Assembly: GCA_950097015.1 (NCBI GenBank)
Contig: CATNEN010000006.1
Coordinates: forward strand, 186,001-250,000
Direction of reading: 5' to 3'
From: Macrostomum hystrix
Taxonomy: Eukaryota; Animalia; Platyhelminthes
DNA: 64,000 nucleotides
Shown here: one piece after another, positions 59,571 through 64,000 of the stretch
Layout: each line of letters starts with the position of its first letter
How positions within the stretch are numbered: the stretch's first letter is position 1
Position numbers and translations under genes: made by a program
Notes under the pieces: model-generated
What the model saw: the letters and a program-made list of their open reading frames with translations, nothing else
Told to the model about the DNA's origin: nothing
Databases searched by the model: none

Positions 59571-60939
59571 CTAGTGCCCAGAGCCCGACTTAACAAAATA
59601 CAATCGTTTTTACGCCAGTGTTTTCCAGGTTAGTACGTAGAACCAGCGAGTACACTTGTCCAGCTTTCGAGTACAAAAATAATTGCAGATAACTGGCTAG
59701 CCATCAAAGGGGCCGACAGCTCTTCCTTTTGATTAGGACGGAAATGTACTAGCATCAATAAAGAAAAACACAAAGCAGAACTTGTTTGTCCAAGAACTGC
59801 ACGTTTTCTTGTCGCAATAATGGCTCGTTTGCTTTGATGATTATTATTCGTTTTTTAAATTAAATTGGTTATTTCTGTTCATCCATTGAATAAGTGCGAT
59901 TAAGTAAATATTCATGAGACACAATACGATATAGAAGTGATGTGTCTTCAGACTTGTGATTGAAATCTTTCACAAGCCAAAATGTACGAGCGCATTCAGC
60001 ATGAGGTTTACATGCCACAGATTACCACAGAACGCCCACTCACCACATTTTAGGCAGTCACGCTTCCGATTAATTCCTCAACTGACATTGTTTGAGCGCA
60101 GGAAAAAAATAAGAAGCCCCCAGGACTTGAAGCAGACCGACAGGATGGCAACCGTCTAGAGTGCAAGCAAAAAATAACGCCCTGCTCTATCTTGTTTTGA
60201 CAGGGGAAACAGCAGTTACGAAAAAAAGCAGTGTAGCTCGCATATAGGTAAGCAGTGATGCATTTGAAAAAAACTGGCTATGGACGTTTCGTCGACATGT
60301 CGATATTGAAATAATCTGTAATTAACTAGAATTAAACTGGCAGAGACCTAAAGTAGCTACTAAAAGCAGTAGTGCACAAAAGGCCGTATGAATAAGGTAA
60401 GCAATTGCTCATCAGTAAATGAGTAAATGAATTGCTCACTCCTGCTCAGAGCTGGAGCAAGTGCTCAGAGCTGAGAAATATCTCGGAGTTTGAGCAACCG
60501 GTATGAAAATTCCTTTCCTTTTCTTTATTTCCTTTCCTTGAAGGAGCGAGCAAGCCTCGCTTTGAACAATGGTGCCCTTTCTGCAACCAACTCAGCCTTG
60601 CTAGCAGAGCAGTGCGGAGGCATGATACTGAATATAGCTTAAGCATGCCACTGAATTGACTCGAGAAAATGCGAGCAAATTCTCACTGACGTGAGTCTCT
60701 ACTCAGTCACAGAGCTTGTGCTCTAGATGCGAGCGCTAACTTTATTCTTACTGGATTGCAACTCGGCGAGTTTCACTTTTATTGCTCACTTAAATTCTTA
60801 CAGCCTAAATTCTGGCGACCATAGAATATGGCAGTAATAACAACAGGCAATAATAAAGCCGAACTTTGGTCGAAGGTAGAATACCGTGGCACAAGCGCTC
60901 TGATTGCTCGGAAGGCATAAACTCTGCTCAAGGTAATTT

Positions 60940-63408
60940 TCAAACTTCCGCCTTCTCCTCAATGCCGTTTCCTCCATCGTCGGCCAGCTGGCCCCGCTCC
61001 TCTGGCATCTGCGTCGACTCATCCTCCGCCTTCTGCTCAAGCTCTTCGTTATTCATCCGGTTGAGCAGTTGTTCGAGTTGTACTGGCATATTCTGGTCCA
61101 TGCACAGCACAGATGGCCGGTCACTTCTGTTGGCGACCATGATGTAGAACAGCTCGATAAACTCGAAGAATGTGAGCAGACTCATCCCAACCCACAGGCC
61201 GAAGATGCCACCTATCTGTAAACATTTTGGAGAATTGTGTACATGATTGTCCAGAGACACTAAAGTTCCAGCTAAATGTAAAACGTCATTTAAAGCTGCA
61301 AAGCGAAGCTCCGATTAACTCGAAATACGGACAGCAATGAGGCGCTGAATTTGGTAGGCTGCTGTCTATCCGGTACAATATTCAGAAAAGATGCATCTCA
61401 TGCGGGGATTCAATAGCAAACATCAATTATTACACCCAAGCTATGTATTTTATAAATAATAACTGATTTCGCTCGTACACCTGTACGATACAGAGTTATT
61501 CGCAATACAGAGTTAATTGACTGGAATAAGGATACAACTTGTTCCAGTGGAGTCGGGAATCGAACCAGAGCATGGTATAATATACCTGAGTTCAAAGCAA
61601 ATTATGATGTAGATGATAATAAATGTGCTAATTAATCAATTACCTCCGATAATGCTTCCGGCCATTCGTAGCTGAACTTCTCTTCATACTTTGCCGCAGC
61701 CGGTGAAGTTGGCTTGATAATAATTCGAAGCACATTGTAGGCCATCTTTTCCTTGTCAAGGCACCATTTGTTGATGAGATCGTCACTAGAATTGGAATCC
61801 TGGTGACACTCTTGATTAAGCAGTTTCTTTAGAACCAGCTCTTCATGGCTGAGCTCTCGGCCGTTCACAGCTGCTTTCACAGCCGGATCCGAGAAGTTGA
61901 ATATGTGGTGGCGATGCTGGTCATGATAGCTCAGGTATTCGGATCCATTGTGCAGATGCGGTAGCAAGTACTCGTTGACAAACGAAATGTGCTCATCGGA
62001 CCTTGGCCATGCGCTTGAAGCCTTGTAAGTGACAAACTTGGTGTATTTGCAGGGCTTTAAATTGCGGTATTTTTGTATGAATTTATAAGAATTCTCCTCT
62101 GCCTCAAGAACGGACGAATCGTGGCAGTTAATTCTACTGACGAGCTCAACAGGAGGGCTAATACTATGCTCTTTGGACACAAAGTAGCAAAGCTCCGTTG
62201 TGTTGACATGGAAGGGAAACTGATGCGAGTAGCACTTGCAGTTTTCGTATACATACTGCTGCTTGGCCTCCACGACAGACTCGCGATCAGTCCTGGTATA
62301 AGTGCGGCGCCGAATGCCGTCGGAGTCGCTGCCAAAACTGGTGACATATTTGATAGTCTGATGTGGCTCCGCGTAGCATTCGCGCTCGCCCGGCTGGTTT
62401 AGCGTGACGTACTTTGTCTGATCAACATCTATCATTGCAGAATAGCCATTCTGAACATCATTGTAGATATTTGCTGCAACATAAATAGTGCGAATGGTAG
62501 CTCGTATGTTGAACAACTCTAAGACTATGATAGGTTTTTTACTTACAGAGCATTGGATGATCGTAATGATTGTGCATCCAGATGCGAACGCCTTCGATAT
62601 CGTAGCGGCCCCCTGAGAGGATCTGGTTGATTGTCCGCTCACCAGACGTAATAAACTCCTTCAGTGAGTACGGATGCGTCATTTCCTCAGCATCCAACTT
62701 TCGTCTGATGTAGGACGCATTTTGCGAGTACACCGATTCATGAAAGTTGCTGTCGGTGTACAGAATCAGGTTCAAGCCAGTGTCCTCCATGTGTCCAGTG
62801 CTAGCGAATCGGTATTGCGGTGACGGACTGAATGTGTAGCAGTTCCAATATCGATAGTTCTGAATGAGACTGAAGTTCTTTGGACCGCAGTGGATTCCGT
62901 TGAACGAGCAGTGCACCAACATCATCTTGTCCATCATGCCAAGGTCTCGACTGTCGTCTGAGACCCAGAAAATTTGGAGGAATCGTTCAAATATCTCATT
63001 AAGTCTGCGATGATAATCGACTCGTGACTCATTGGCTCTTCTTTTTCGTTTTTCCGGCCACCACTTCTCGAAGAATCCAAAGCGACTTTCAAAGTGCTGA
63101 TGCAAGACCTCTTTGTAGTATTCCCCGAGTGTTTCCGACATTGGCTTGAGATTGCACAATGTGACATCGGGAAATTCGGCCTCAACTAAATCGTCGATGA
63201 GAATAGAGGTGACTGGAGTCTCCAAATAGTTGCGTACAGTCATGATGACGTGGAATAAGCAGGCGCCGGTTCCGGCGATGGTGAGCACAAACCAGAACAC
63301 TTTCCGACAGTAGTCAGTTGAATGGTACATGTGGCTAAGGCCGTGCATGGAGGACCTGTGTCCATATTCGTGAAAGTTTCTCACAATGCTGCGCCGATTC
63401 GGCGGCAT
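60940..63408 (-). CDS. DEG/ENaC (amiloride-sensitive Na channel family) subunit, 3 exons, about 655 aa
   Basis: Exons 62547-63408, 61644-62473, 60940-61215 (phases 1, 0). HG motif SSMHGL, TM1, FPDVTLCN, YWNCYTF, TM2 ALSE|IGGIFGLWVGMSLLTFFE with the GxS filter. Confidence 0.93.
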
Positions 63409-63676
63409 GGCTCACAAAGATACAGGGCAGGACTGGTGTAGTAGGAGTAGAGTAACACATCCATGAAGGCAGCTAGCTAGCGTTATATACAACTGCACGA
63501 CTGTCGGATTAACCAACAAGTGTCATTGCAGGGCAATGAGTTCTGGCAGAATGGGAAGAGCACCGGCTGGATCTGGCTGGCAGCAATTACCCCGATACTA
63601 GCTGGAGTTCCGCAGCGTCCATTTCCGGCCAAGCCCCACCATCCATCCGTCCGCACGCAACACTTGCAGAGCCGCG

Positions 63677-63692
63677 CCCCGCCCTATAAAAG
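63677..63692 (+). promoter_or_regulatory. GC box plus TATA box (CCCCGCCC TATAAAAG), oriented away from the DEG/ENaC gene
   Basis: Consensus match only; no transcript evidence. Confidence 0.35.
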
Positions 63693-64000
63693 ACACGACG
63701 GATGAGAAGCCCTACAATCTGTTCGCTATCTGACGCAGCCCTCTTTTAGTGTTGAATGTTTGATCAAACGAAGCCCATCAAATCAATACTGAGTAAGGGA
63801 AATACAACGGAAATTTCAACCAATCGCAGGTCGTGATCTGTGTGACCTCGATCTGCTTTTAACGAGCTCTCGCAATCCAATTTTAAATCGAAATCGATAG
63901 GAGTTGCGCCAGTGTACAGTAAAAGCTAGCTTTTAGTCCCGTGGTTAAACTTAAACAGCTGCGGCTGTGCTACCTGCTACGAGGTAGGGCCTTAAGCTGA

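Overview
Animal (metazoan) genomic DNA, not prokaryotic. Short GT-AG introns, tRNA-derived SINEs and overall style suggest a free-living flatworm such as Macrostomum; this is an inference and cannot be verified here. The left 41 kb is a head-to-tail, minus-strand array of four paralogous, essentially single-exon genes for an unrecognised type I membrane protein with signal peptide, novel N-terminal region, Ig-like domains, TM helix and Tyr-containing tail. Copies are C1 1-692 (partial), C2 7215-9769, C3 17198-19792 and C4 35493-38087. The copies are patchwork mosaics of one another and share a hypervariable Cys-bounded loop. C2-C4 have a splice-acceptor-like AG just before the ATG, and C3/C4 end in a GTGAGT donor, an architecture reminiscent of clustered variable exons. 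C3 and C4 lie in a direct tandem duplication whose 5' flanks are CpG-free and differ mainly by CpA/TpG<->TpA transitions. Between the genes are gypsy remnants, RTE fragments, SINEs, a piggyBac relic and an 8-kb nested element (gypsy > antisense LINE fragment > foldback transposon). The right 23 kb holds a 13-exon MFS transporter, a low-complexity multi-exon gene, an intronless melatonin-receptor-like GPCR, a 16-bp satellite and a 3-exon DEG/ENaC channel.
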